Below are positions 46,954 to 58,962 of a stretch of 64,000 nt of DNA, piece by piece. Made by a program: the position numbers and the translations under genes. Numbering within the stretch: the stretch's first letter is position 1; every line of letters starts with the position of its first letter. The notes beneath the pieces were generated by a model. The model did not search any database. It was given only the letters and a program-made list of their open reading frames with translations, and had not been told where the DNA came from. This stretch comes from Geosiphon pyriformis uo1. Its lineage: Eukaryota > Fungi > Glomeromycota. The DNA lies in assembly GCA_016748015.1 (NCBI GenBank), contig JAAOMT010000617.1, positions 504,635-568,634 on the forward strand, in the 5' to 3' direction.

Positions 46954-49900
46954 GTTGATTGAAGATACCTCTGTTTTGGAAATGGTGCATTTATTTATAC
47001 TTGATTTTTGCTGATTATTTGAGTCAGTATTACCACAACAGACAGCCAATCAGGTTGTTTATGATATTTCTTGAGTTGTAAACCATGAACAGAACAATCA
47101 TTGAAGATTGTTCTGAATTGATCTTGAAGAATATAAGAACCATTGTTCAAAACTTTGTTGACTATAAAAGGTCTTTTCTACTGGCTAGAGAATTTATCAC
47201 CATAAACATTGTCTCTATCTGAACAGTATTTTAATACCAAGTCACCAACACTTAAAGAAAGTGTTTTATAGGTTTAATTTTTCTTAAGCTTTTCTTGGAA
47301 CAGTTTTATCTTTTCAAAAGCAATTATTTGTGCTTCTACCAAGGAGTCAAGAATGATACCAAGTCTTCTTTGCAAAATGTCTTTGTAATTTCCTATTGTG
47401 ATCTCTTCAAAGGGTATTGTTTCAATATTAGTTTCTATTGGTAGTGTTGCTATGCATTCATAGAGCAGATAAAAAAGTTCATAACTTGTTATGTTATAAT
47501 TCACAATTCTATAAGCAAACAAAGCTGAAGGCAGTACTTTGTCTCATAAGTTTGTTTCTTCACTGGTTTTGGCTAGGGTTTCACATAATGTTCTATTGAA
47601 ATATTCTACTAGGCCATTTGTTTGGGGGTAATAAGTGGAGGAAAGTTTATGATGTATTCCTATTTTTCTACAAAATTCTTCAACCAGTGTAAAAGTTCTT
47701 TGGGCAGCCATGACAGCAGATGATATTTTCATAAATGAAATTGGCTATTGAGACTGCTGTTTGGTCTGGGGTGGCTCTTGCTTCTACCCACTTTGTAAGA
47801 TAGTTGGTAGCTGTGATAATATATCTGTTGTTATTAGGAGTAATTGTTAAAGGTCCAATAACATCTATACCAATTCTGTCAAAGGGTTGACCAACAGAGA
47901 TTGGATGGATGTCTTCTTTGTGATTGGGTTTGCCTCTTTTTTGGCAGATGTCACAGGTTTTAATGTATTCAGCAATGTCTTTTTCTAAGGTAGGCCAATA
48001 ATAATGAGCTAAAGTTTTCTGAATTGTTTTTGTTTTTCCAAAGTGTCCAGCTAATGGGTCAGTGTGCATGTTATATATTACAATTTCTCTTTCTTCAAAT
48101 CTGATGATTCTTTGGGGGTGGTCAGAATCTTTTATATAATTGGTTCTGGCAGATCAAATAGAAATTTGATTGTTTGTGCAAATGTTCTCTTTGCTGTCAA
48201 GTGTATTCTGGTGGGTATTGTTCTTTATCCAAAAATTCCATTAAGGCAGAGTAGTTGTCCAAGTTCATTATCGTGTTTGTTTTTATGAAGGAGTTACTAA
48301 TAATTAAGTTGGTTTGGTTTGAGAGATTGTACTGTCACTGGATGGTAAGTCTAGATAGAGCATTGGTGTTTTGATGATTAGCTCCTTTGTAGTATTGAAT
48401 ATTATAGTCGAATTCATCCAAGTGGAGTATTCAGCAAGTTATTCATTTGTGTTCCAGCTTCTTTTTATTGTGCAGCCAAACCAAGGCTTGATGATCTGTT
48501 ACCATTAAGAATTTTGCACCAAGAAGATATTGATCCCAGTAGTTGGTAGCCCAAACTACTAGTAGACATTCTTGTTTAGTAACTGAATAGTTCTTTTCTG
48601 CTGGTGTAAGGGATTTACTGGCATATGCTATGGCATGTTCTCTGCCATTTTTATCTTTCTGTGAAAAGACAGCACCAAGTCCATAGCCAGATGCATCAGT
48701 GTGAAGGATAAAAGGTTGGTCCAGATTAAGTTGTTTGAGAATTGGTTCAGTAACAAGTTTTTCCTTCAAAAATTCAAAAGCTTTTTGTTGATGAGTGCTC
48801 CAGTGATAATTGACATTTTTTTTGAGTAGCTGATTGAGAAGAAAGGCAATTTTGGAGAAATCCTTGATAAATTTGCTATAGTAAGAGGCCAAACCAAGAA
48901 AAGAGTGTAGTTCAGAAACATTTATTGGTTGTCTAATGTTTTGAACTTTTTCAACTTTAACTGGGTCAAGAAAAATTCCATCTTTTGTAACAAGATGACC
49001 AAGAAATTGGGTGGATTGGTGTCCAAAGAAAGATTTAATTGGGTTGATCTTAAGGCCAGCATTTCTGAGCAGATCAAAAACTTTCTGTAAATGTTCAAGG
49101 TATTCATCCCAGGTTTTTGAATATATTATTATGTCGTCCAAGTAAACCAAAACAAAGTTTTCTTTTACTGATTCAAACACTTTATCCATTAAGCATTGAA
49201 AGGTGGGAGGAGCATTAGTGAGACCAAAAGGCATGACTGTGAATTCATAGGTGCCATACTTGGTGATAAAGGCAGTTTTCTTTCTGCTTTCTGGATCCAT
49301 CTCTACTTGCCAGAATCCAGCAGTTAAATCTATGGCTGAGAAAAAAGCAGCACTATTGAATTTATCTAGCATTGCATCAATTTTGGGAAGTGGGTACATG
49401 TCTCTTATAGTGATGGTATTTAATTGGTGGTAGTCAACACAGAAGTGTAGAGTTCTACCTTTCTTAGATACTGTTACGAGTTGGAGTAACAAGCTAACAG
49501 ATAGCAAAGGAGAACAGAATTGTAGGGTGATGGAAATAATCAATGAAGAATTCAACTTCAAAGAGCAAATTGAATAAGTATGGATTCAATGTGTAAGATC
49601 AGTCTCATAAAATATCTCAGTTGCTATATTTTTCAAAGGTAACCGGGAAATCTGAAAGTAGAGGAATAGTCCATACTGTCAACAAATGATCACACTTGGT
49701 ATAATTTTATGCCTCACATTGGCACTCTTAGAATTCAATATCAAGTATCAGATGTGCTCTTCAGTCACGTTTTATTTAATAATCTTCAAATATTTCATTT
49801 AATCATTTCAAAAAAAGGCAGATAAACACCAACAAGAGATTTTTTATCCAAAAGATGTTCAAATACTTGAAGGTAGGGAAAGAGAAATTAGCAATAAGAG

Positions 49901-49997
49901 AATGTTTGAGATGAAAGTTGTTTTATTATATTTCTTTAATTGTTAGAACATACTTTTCTACAGCTAAGAGACTTATTGCTTCTATAGCTATGAAAAG

Positions 49998-50106
49998 TGA
50001 TCAATGATCAGGTCAATGATCAGGTCAACAGTCAGGTCATTGATCAGGTCAATAATCAGATCAATGATCAGGTCAATGGTCAAGTCATTGATCAGGTTAA
50101 TGATTA
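49998..50106 (-). repeat. 12-bp tandem array (GTCAATGATCAG) in LTR-B U3
   Basis: About 9 units here; 1-7 units in other B LTRs. Confidence 0.9.
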
Positions 50107-50859
50107 CTATCTAAAAATAGGTTGGCTAATTATATGACATCAGTGGCTAATACATGTGATAACTAATAAAAACTATGAGTTTCAACTGTAACATCATCCT
50201 CTCCAAAGAGATTGAGCTCCGGCAAAATCAAACTATTTATGGAATATTTTAATTAAAGGGTTTTATCTAACTCAAAACTAAGTTTGTTAAAGTCTTTTGT
50301 GGATAAAGTGTATAGTACTTAAGGTAAAATGAGCTTTGTATCCAAGAGACCAAATCTTTGTATAAGAGTTTTGGCTCTTCTGGTAATGGTCAAAACTCTT
50401 GGAACATCCAACCATATAATGTCCAAAATTTCTACTTGTATCTTAGAAGTTGTTTTCTTCATGAGCTTCATGTCTTTTATGATTTCACCAAGGCGACCAT
50501 AGAGCTCTAGTTGTCTTTCATATGACAAGTTTTTGTCTATGGGCAAGATTTCTTTAATTGTTTTTTTCCAATTGTGGTGAAAGGTACAAGTATTGCTGCT
50601 GTTATGCTTTCCAATAGATACTTATCTATTTTGCTACCAATTTTTTCTCTTCTGGTAGTTGTTTTCTTTGGTCTGATAACAATATGAGTTCCACTGTTGT
50701 CAGTTATTGTGGTCTGTTTTCCAATAGTCAGGATAGCATTTGGATAGTTTTTGATCCAATACTCATGGAGAGTATTGAAAGCATTTTGAATGTTTTGATC
50801 CAGAAAATAATTGTTCATGTCAATTAAAGATACCTCTGTTTTGGGAATGGTGCATTTAT

Positions 50860-52173
50860 TTATACTTGGTTTTTGCTGATCATTTGGGTCAGTATTACCA
50901 CAACTGGTAACCAATCAGGTTGTTTATGATATTTCTTGAGTCGTGTACCATGAACTGGACGATCATTAAAGATTGTTCTGGATTGATCTTAAAGAATATA
51001 AAAATCATTGTTCAAAACTTTGTTGACTATAAAGAGACCTTTCCACCGGCTAGAGAATTTATCACCATAGACATTGTTTCTGTCTGAGCGGTATTCCAAA
51101 ACTAAGTTACCAACACTTAAAGAAAGTGTTTTATAAGTTTTCTTCTTTTTAAGCTTTTCTTGGAACTGTTTTATCTTTTCAAAGGCAATTATTTGTGCTT
51201 CTACAAGTGAGTCAAGAATGGTACCAAGTCTTCTTTGCAAAATGTCTTTGTAATTCCCTATTGTGATCTCTTCAAAGGGTATTGTTTCAATATCAGTTTC
51301 TATTGGTAGTGTTGCTATTCGTCCATAGAGCAGATAAAAAGGTTTTTAACTTATTATGTCATGATTCACAGTTCTATAAGCAAACAAAGCTGAAGACAGT
51401 ACTTTGTCCCATAAGTTTGTTTCTTCACTTGTTTTGGCTAGGGTTTCACACAGTGTTCTATTGAAATATTCTACTAGGCCATTTGTTTGTGGGTGATAAG
51501 GGGAAGAAAGTTTGTGACGTATTCCCATTTTTCTACAAAGTTTTTCAACCAGTGTACTGAGAAAAGCTCTTCCTCTATCAGATAATAGTTCTTTGGGGCA
51601 GCCATGATAACAAATGATATCTTCATAAATGAAATTGGCTATTGAGACTGCTGTTTGATCTGGGGTGGCTCTTGCTTCTACCCACTTTGTAAGATAGTCA
51701 GTAGCTGTAATGATGTATCTGTTGCCATTAGGAGTTACTGTTAAAGGTCCAATAACATCTATACCAATTCTGTCAAATGGTTGACCAATAGAGATTGGAT
51801 GGATATCTTCTTTGTGATTGGGTTTTCCTCTTTTTTGGCAGGTATCACAGGTTTTAATGTATTCAGCAATGTCTTTTCCCAAGGTAGGCCAATAATAGCA
51901 AGCTAAGGTTTTCTGAATTGTTTTTGTTTTTCCAAAGTGTCCAGCTAATGAATCAGTGTGCATATTGTAGATCACAATTTCTCTTTCTTCAAATCTTATG
52001 ACTTTCTGGGGATGGTCAGGATCTTTTCTATTTCTTTTGTATAACTGGTTCTGGCGAATCAAATAGAATTTTGATTGTTTGCATAAATGTTCTCTTTGCT
52101 ATTAATTGTATTCCAGTGGGTATTGTCCTTTACCCAAAAATTCTATTAAGGCAGAGTAGTTGTCCAAGTTCAT
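50860..52173 (-). pseudogene. B-in2 integrase
   Basis: MNLDNY start; HTDSLAGHF..CDTC, GIDVIGP, SDRGRAF, NGLVEYFN, WKGLF; ends PVVVILTQMISKNQV*. Confidence 0.92.
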
Positions 52174-52238
52174 TATCATGTTTGTTTGTGAGAGAGTTAC
52201 TAATAATTAGTTTGGTTTGGTTTGAGGTGGTTGTACTG

Positions 52239-55177
52239 TTACTTGGTGGTAAGTCTGGAGAGAGCATCAGTGTTTTGATGATCAGCTCCTTTGCGATGTT
52301 GAATATCATAGTCAAATTTGTCCAAGTGGAGTATCTAGCAAGTTAATCTTTTGTGTTCTAGCTTCTTTTTGTTGTGCAGCCAAACCAAAGCTTGGTAATC
52401 TGTTACTACCAGGAATTTGGCACCAAGAAGATATTTGTTCCAATAACTAATAGCCTATACTACTGCCAGACATTCTTGTTCAATCACTGAGTAGTTCTGC
52501 TCTGCTGGTGAGAGAGTTCTACTGGCATATGCTATGGCATGTTTTTTGTCATCTTCATCTTTCTGGGATAGAACAGCTCCAAGTCCATAGCCAGATGTAT
52601 CAATGTGGAGGATGAAAGGTTGATCTAGATCAGGTTGCTTCAGAATTGGTTCAGTGACTAGTTTTTCCTTTAGAGTTTCAAAAGCTTTTTGTTGGTGTGT
52701 GCTCCAATGGTAGTTGACATTTTTCCTGAGTAGCTGATTAAGTAGAGCAGCTATTTTGGAGAAATCCTTGACAAATTTGCAATAATAGGAAGCCAAACCA
52801 AGGAAAGAGCATAGTTTATGAACATTTATTGGTTGTCTGATGTTCTGGACTTTTTCAACCTTAGCTGGATCAGGAAAGATTCCATCTTTTGTGATAAGAT
52901 GACCAAGGAATTGGGTGGATTGTCTTCCAAAGAAAGATTTGATTAGGTTGATCTTGAGACCTGTATTTCTGAGAAGATCAAAAACCTTTTGCAAATGTAC
53001 AAGGTGTTCATCCCAGGTTTTTGAGTACGCCATTATATCATCCAGATAGACCAGAACAAAGTTTTCTTTCACTGATTCAAATATTTTATCCATTAAGCAT
53101 TGAAAGGTGGGAGGGGCATTGGTGAGACCAAAAGGCATGACTGTGAATTCATAGGTGCCATACTTGGTGATGAAGGCGGTTTTCTTCCAGCTTTCTGGAT
53201 CCATCTCTACTTGCCAGAATCCAGCAGTTAGATCAATGGTTGAAAAGAAAGCAGCATCTTTGAATTGGTCCAGCATTGCATCAATCTTGAGAAGTGGGTA
53301 CATGTCTCTTTCAGTAATGGCATTTAATTGGTGGTAGTCAACACAGAAGTGTAGGGTTCCACCTTTCTTGGATACCACTACAACTGGGAAAGCCCATTCA
53401 CTCTTGGTTTTTTGTATGAATCCAAGTTCTTTCATCTGGTTTATTTCTTTCTTGATAAACTCATCATTTCGGTGATTGGATTGGTAAGGCTTCAAATGGA
53501 TGGGGCGAGTTTCTCTGGTAGTGATGATGTGTTGTATTACATGGGTTTGTCCTGGGGTATCACCTTCTTTTGAGATAACTGGGCTGTTTCTTGTTAATGT
53601 CTATCTTTCTTTCTTCTGGATTGGTGGTAGTCAACACAGAAGTGTAGGGTTCCACCTTTCTTGGATACCATTACAACTGGGAAAGCCCATTCACTCTTGG
53701 TTTTTCTTTTTTGATAAACTCATCATTTTGGTGATTGGATTGGTAAGGCTTCAAATGGATGGGGCGAGTTTCTCTGGTAGTGATGATGTGTTGTATTACA
53801 TGGGTTTGTTCTGGGGTATCACCTTCTTTTGAGATAACTGGGCTGTTTCTTGTTAATGTCTATCTTTCTTTCTTCTGGAAAGGGTTCTCTTTGTTTTACT
53901 ACTAATGATTAGATCTCAGGAGGTTCATTCTCAAAGGGCTTCTGTACTTCTTTTAATTCATCTCTTGGTATTAGGCTAATTGGTTCCCAATCTTTGTAAT
54001 AGATCAAGCATGATTTGCATTCATCACTTGGAGAATACAAAGATTTATTGCACCAGCACCAGGCACAAGGGCCATGCCACCAATAACTGTATTTGGCTTT
54101 CTTGCCAGGCTTTTGGTCAAAGGTTCTTTTTAGAATATCATAGTAGGGCCAGCAGATCAGCTTGCCATTTACAATGATTCTCTTTCTATTAGCTTTAACA
54201 TTGTCTAGTGGCTTGCCATTGCTGGTGAAGATGGTATAAGCAAGTTCAGCAGTTTCTTCTTGTTCCTCTTGTTCTTCTTCATCATCACTTTCTTCATCAT
54301 CTGATTCCTCTGATAGTTTTTCCTGATTCTGTTTTGGTGTTGGAAGGGTTGTCCAGTGGCGACACTTAACCACTATAGGCTTCTCACCACATCTGATGGT
54401 TAGCTTACAAAGTTCATAGTTAAGTAATGCTTTGGCTTTCTTGAGCCATTCATTTCCAACAATAATTGTGTATTCCTTGGCTTCAGAAACTTCCATGTCA
54501 GTTTCAATGCTGATGCCATTGATATGGACAGGAACAGCTTTGGTTATGTCTAGACCTTTTTTCTTGTCACCATGTACATTGGTCATTGGTCGGGTGGAAG
54601 GTTCATCAATCTTTCTCCCAATTGCTTCCAAAAAGTGTTTGGCAATGATGCTAACAGATGATTCACTGTTCAGAATCAAGTCAATGAAATAGCCAGCCAC
54701 TTGGGCTTTGCAAATTAATGGGGTGACATTGCTGTTGTTAGCAAGTTTAGCTTGATGAGAGTGTTTATTGGTTTTTGATGTTTTCTTCTTGGGAATTAGA
54801 GATTTGCAGAGATTTTTTCTGAATTGTGGGTGGGTCATTAGTTGGCCAAAGGTAATGTGTGCAGAAGTTTCCATGAGATCTTTGACAACAGAATAAGGAC
54901 CAGATTTTTGTACTATTTCTGGGGATTCTAACTTTGGAGGGTTCTTAAAAACTTTGGCTTTTGGTGGCTCATTGTTATCAGCAGTGGAAGTTGAGGCTTT
55001 GTTGGGATCTAGAACAAAATCAACCTTGGCTTTCTTCTTTTTTCTGGTTGATTCAGAAGTGTTGATTGCTAATTCATCCATGTCATGGTCATCATCAGTT
55101 AAGTTAAAAGCGAAAAAGGGGTTTTCTTCTGGTTGGCTTGCACTCTCACCCTTTGGAGGTGCACTTACCAGTTTAAA
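52239..55177 (-). pseudogene. B-in2 pol (protease, Cys-rich linker, RT, RNase H)
   Basis: ORFs 53909-55081 and 52455-53495; MPFGLTNAP, YLDD, ALSRL*. Confidence 0.93.
53327..53879. repeat. Local tandem duplication (~290 bp + ~260 bp) at the start of B-in2 RT
   Basis: 53327-53620 is repeated at 53621-53879 with a ~34-bp deletion. Confidence 0.9.
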
Positions 55178-56718
55178 GACTGATAGACTGTGGCTTCAAC
55201 TAGAGGATCCTCTCCAAAAAAATTGATGTTGGCATGGTTGGGTCTTTGATTGGGAGCATTATTGTTGATGGGTCTATTGTTTTGATTGTAATTATTTCTG
55301 GGAACTGGAGGAGGTAAAGGAGGATTGTTGCAATCTCTTGAGAAATGTCCAGTTAATCCACATCTATAATATACAGGAGGACCACGATTTTGCTGTCTTT
55401 GATATGGAGGTTGCTGGGGCTGATTAAAACGTGGTTTATATCTGAGTCTTTGTGGTTGTTGGTTATCTCTAACTGCTTGTGCCAAAGGTTCTAATAACCA
55501 GGCAAGATTGGCTGTGAGTCTATCAATTAATTGTTCATTTGGATCTTGAGTTTGGGCAGCAAAAAAGGCAGCAGCCATTTGAGGGGCAGGAGCCATGACA
55601 GAAGCAGAAGCAAAAACTGGAAGTGTAGATCCCAAATGTATTCTTTGGTTGTCTTCAATTCATTGGGCAAGTTCAATGGCCATGTCCATTGTAGAATTGT
55701 CTTTTAGGGCCAAGAAAGGCCAAAGAGCATAAGATAAATTGGTTCTCAATCCTTTTGTGAAGGAATGAATCTTTTGCTCTTCTGTCCAATTTCTTCCAGA
55801 GTCTACATGCTTGATTAACTTTCTGATTGCTTTAACATATTCAGTTACAATTTCACCAGGGCCTTGAGTTCTTCTTTCTAATTCTATGTGCCACTTGGAT
55901 ATCAAGATTGGGGTTCTGAACTTGTTTTCAAACTGGGTTGTGAAAGAGGTGTTGTTTTCTCTGGCATTTGCTGGCATCCATCTAATGATTCTTTGATGGG
56001 CATTAGCATCAGTTTCCTGTGAGAACCAGGTAGCAGGAGAGCCTTGGAGGTAGCCACCAACAATTTGAAACTTGTACTCATCATCGTATTGGTTGGCTGT
56101 AGCAGCTCTTTCAAAGTCATCCAACCATTCAATTGGATCTTGTGCATCACCTTTGAATAATAGTAGTAGGATGTTGTTTCTTTGTCCCAAAGCAGTTTGT
56201 ATGCCTTAGAGGGCAGCCAGGATGTTTGCTTGTATTGGATCTTGGGCCATTGGTTCAGGGGTTACTGTTTGAGTGGAATGTTTTGATTCACTTAAAAAGA
56301 GATCAAAAATAGGAGCAGTTTGGTAACTTTTTTCTTCTGTTTCAAGAGGAGTTATAGTTGATTGGTGAGCAGCAACCCAAATGTGTATTTGGTGATTCAG
56401 ATATTCGAAATCAGAGGGCTGTTGTGTGAAAGTTGTGAAGTATAAAAGCTAATTGATGCTATTATTTCTTTCTTCAAAGTTGTCTTCAAAATAAGCTTGG
56501 TCAAAGTAATAAGTTGTATATGCTGTATAGGTTTCAGCTAAGTGCTCGTTCAGGAACCAGTTCCAAAAGTCTTGGAATTGTCTACTAGATTGTTCTTCAA
56601 GGGGAAAGCAGATCAAGCAGGAGGGCAAAGGATTGAGTTCAATAAAGTCTAGATTGTTTCTGTTATGTGCTGCAAAGTGTTCTTCTGATTGCTGTGGCAG
56701 GTATGAATAATCACTCAT
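55165..56718 (-). pseudogene. B-in2 gag
   Basis: QDPIEWLDDFERAA, RTQGPGE, HSFTKGLR, (C)YRCGLTGHFSRDC. Confidence 0.92.
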
Positions 56719-58955
56719 ACAATGAGGAAATAAGTGAATTTTGACAACCTCACAGGAAGCACCACTTTTATGTTATGGGTTGGAGTAACAAGCTAATGGA
56801 TAGCAAAGAAGAACAGGATTGTAGGGTGATGGAAATAATCAAAGGGGAATTCAACTTCAAAGAGCGAATTGAATAAGTATGGATTCAATGTGCGAGATCA
56901 GTCTCATAAAATATCTCAGTCACTATACTTTTCAAAGGTAACTGGGGAATCTGAAGGTAGAGAGATAGTCCGTACTGTCAACAAATGATCACACTTGGTA
57001 TAATTCTATGCCTCATGTCAGCACTCTTAGAATTCAATATCAAGTATCAGATGTGCTTTTCAGTTATGTTTTATTCAATAATCTTCAAATATTTTATTTA
57101 ATCGTTTCAGAAAAAGGCAGATAAACATCAACAAGAGATCTTTTATCCAAAAGATGTTCAGATACTTGAAGGTAGGGAAAGGGAAATTAGCAATAAGAAA
57201 ATGTTTGAGATGAAAGTTGTTTTATTATATTTCTTTGATTGTTGAAACATACTTTTCTACAGCTAAGAGACTTATTGCTTATATAGCTATGAAAAGTGGT
57301 CAATGACCAGGTCAATGATCAGGTCAATGATCAGGTCAATAATCAGGTCAACAGTCAGGTCATTGATCAGGTCAATGATTACTATCTAAAAATAGGTTGG
57401 CTAATTATATAACATCAGTGGCTAATACATGTGATAACTAATAAAAACTATGAGTTTCAACCATAACAATACCACTACAACTGGGAAAGCCCATTTACTC
57501 TTGGTTTCTTGTATGAATCCAAGATCTTTTATCTAGTTTATCTCTTTCTTGATAAACTCATCATTGCATTGATTGGATTGATAAGGCTTCAAATGAATGG
57601 GACAAGTTTCTTTGGTAGTGATGGTGTGTTGTATCACATGGGTTTGTCCTGGGGTATCACCTTCTTTTGAGATAACTGGGCTGTTTCTTGTCAATGTCTA
57701 TCTTTCTTTCTTCTGGGAAGGGTTCTCTTTGTTTTACTACTAATGATTGGATCTCAGGAGGTTCATTCTCAAAGGGCTTCTGTACTTCTTTAAGTTCTTC
57801 TTGAGGTATCAAGCTAATTGGTTCCCAATCTTTGTAGTAGATTAGGCAGGATTTGCATTTATCACTTGGAGAATACAAGGGTTGATTGCACCAGCACTGG
57901 GCACAAGGACCATGCCACCAATAATGGTACTTGGCTTTCTTGCTAGGCTTCTGGTCAAAAGTTTTTCTTAGGATATCATAGTAGGGCCAGCAGATCAGCT
58001 TGCCATTTACAATGATTCCTTCTTTGTCAGCTTTAACATTGTCCAGTGGCTTGCCATTGCTGGTGAAGATGGTATAAGCGAGTTTAGCAGTTTCTTCTGG
58101 TTCTTCTTGATCTTTTTCATCATTGCTTTCATCATTATCTGATTCATTTGCTTGGGTACTGGAGGGATTGTCCAATGTTGACATTTAATCACAATGGGTT
58201 TTTCACCACATCTGATGGTTAGCTCACAAAGTTCATAGTCAAGTAGTGCTTTGGCTTTCTTAAGCCATTCATTACCAACAATGATGGTGTACTCTTTTGC
58301 TTCAGATACTTCCATATCTGTTTCAATGCTGATACCATTGATGCAGACAGGAATAGCTTTGGCTATGCCCAGGTCTTTCTTCTTGTCACCATGTACATTA
58401 GTCATTGGTCTTGTGGAAGACTTATCAATCTTTCTGCCAATTGCTTCAAGAAAATGTTTGGCAATTATATTAACAGATGATCCACTGTCTAGGATCAGAT
58501 CAATGAAGTAACCAGCCACTTGGGCTTTACAAATCAGAGGGGTGACATTGCTGTTATCAGCAAGTTCAGCTTGGTGAGAGCATTTGTTGGTCTTTGGTGT
58601 CTTTTTCTTTGTGAATGGGTCATCAGTTGGCCAAATGTAATGTGTGCTGGGGTTTCCATGAGATCTTTAACAACAGAATAAGGTCCAGATTTTTGTACAA
58701 TTTCTGGGGGTTCCAACTTTGGAGAATTTTTAAAAACCTTAGTCTTTGGTGGCTCATTGTTATCAGCAGATGATTTGGATGCTTTGTTTGGGTCCAAGAC
58801 AAAATCAATCTTGGCTTTCTTTTTCTTTCTGGTTGATTCAGAAATGTTGATTGCTAGTTCATCCATATCATAATCATCATTAGTTAGGTTAAAAGCATAA
58901 AAGTGGTTTTCTTCTGGTTGGCTTGCACTCTTATCCTTTGGAGGTGCGCCTACCA

Positions 58956-58962
58956 GTTTAAA
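58956..58962 (-). promoter_or_regulatory. -1 ribosomal frameshift slippery site U UUA AAC (gag/pol), followed by a hairpin
   Basis: In-phase heptamer one codon before the gag stop; the -1 frame opens into pol; conserved in six copies. Confidence 0.85.

Larger units (their letters stand above)
49472..57468 (-). mobile_element. Gypsy-B inner copy B-in2, full length (8.0 kb); LTRs 49472-50193 and 56771-57468
   Basis: ATAC TSD on both sides within the B-out RT; PBS, PPT and all domains present. Confidence 0.95.

Noticed and set aside
46297-47049. ORF-X as an env gene
   Set aside because: No signal peptide, furin site or transmembrane helix visible; too short
48443-49561. RT with a hydrophobic signal-like leader (also 38472-38804 and 18790-19008)
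   Set aside because: Chimeric ORFs reading out of an inserted LTR-B across the TSD
49998-50106. CRISPR-like array
   Set aside because: Contiguous 12-bp units with no unique spacers, inside LTRs; no cas genes
52196-52242. 43-nt intron joining RNase H to integrase
   Set aside because: Removing GTAACA..TTAG leads into the wrong frame
56898-56970. Functional tRNA gene
   Set aside because: No acceptor stem, D arm or intact T loop; only a tRNA-like segment
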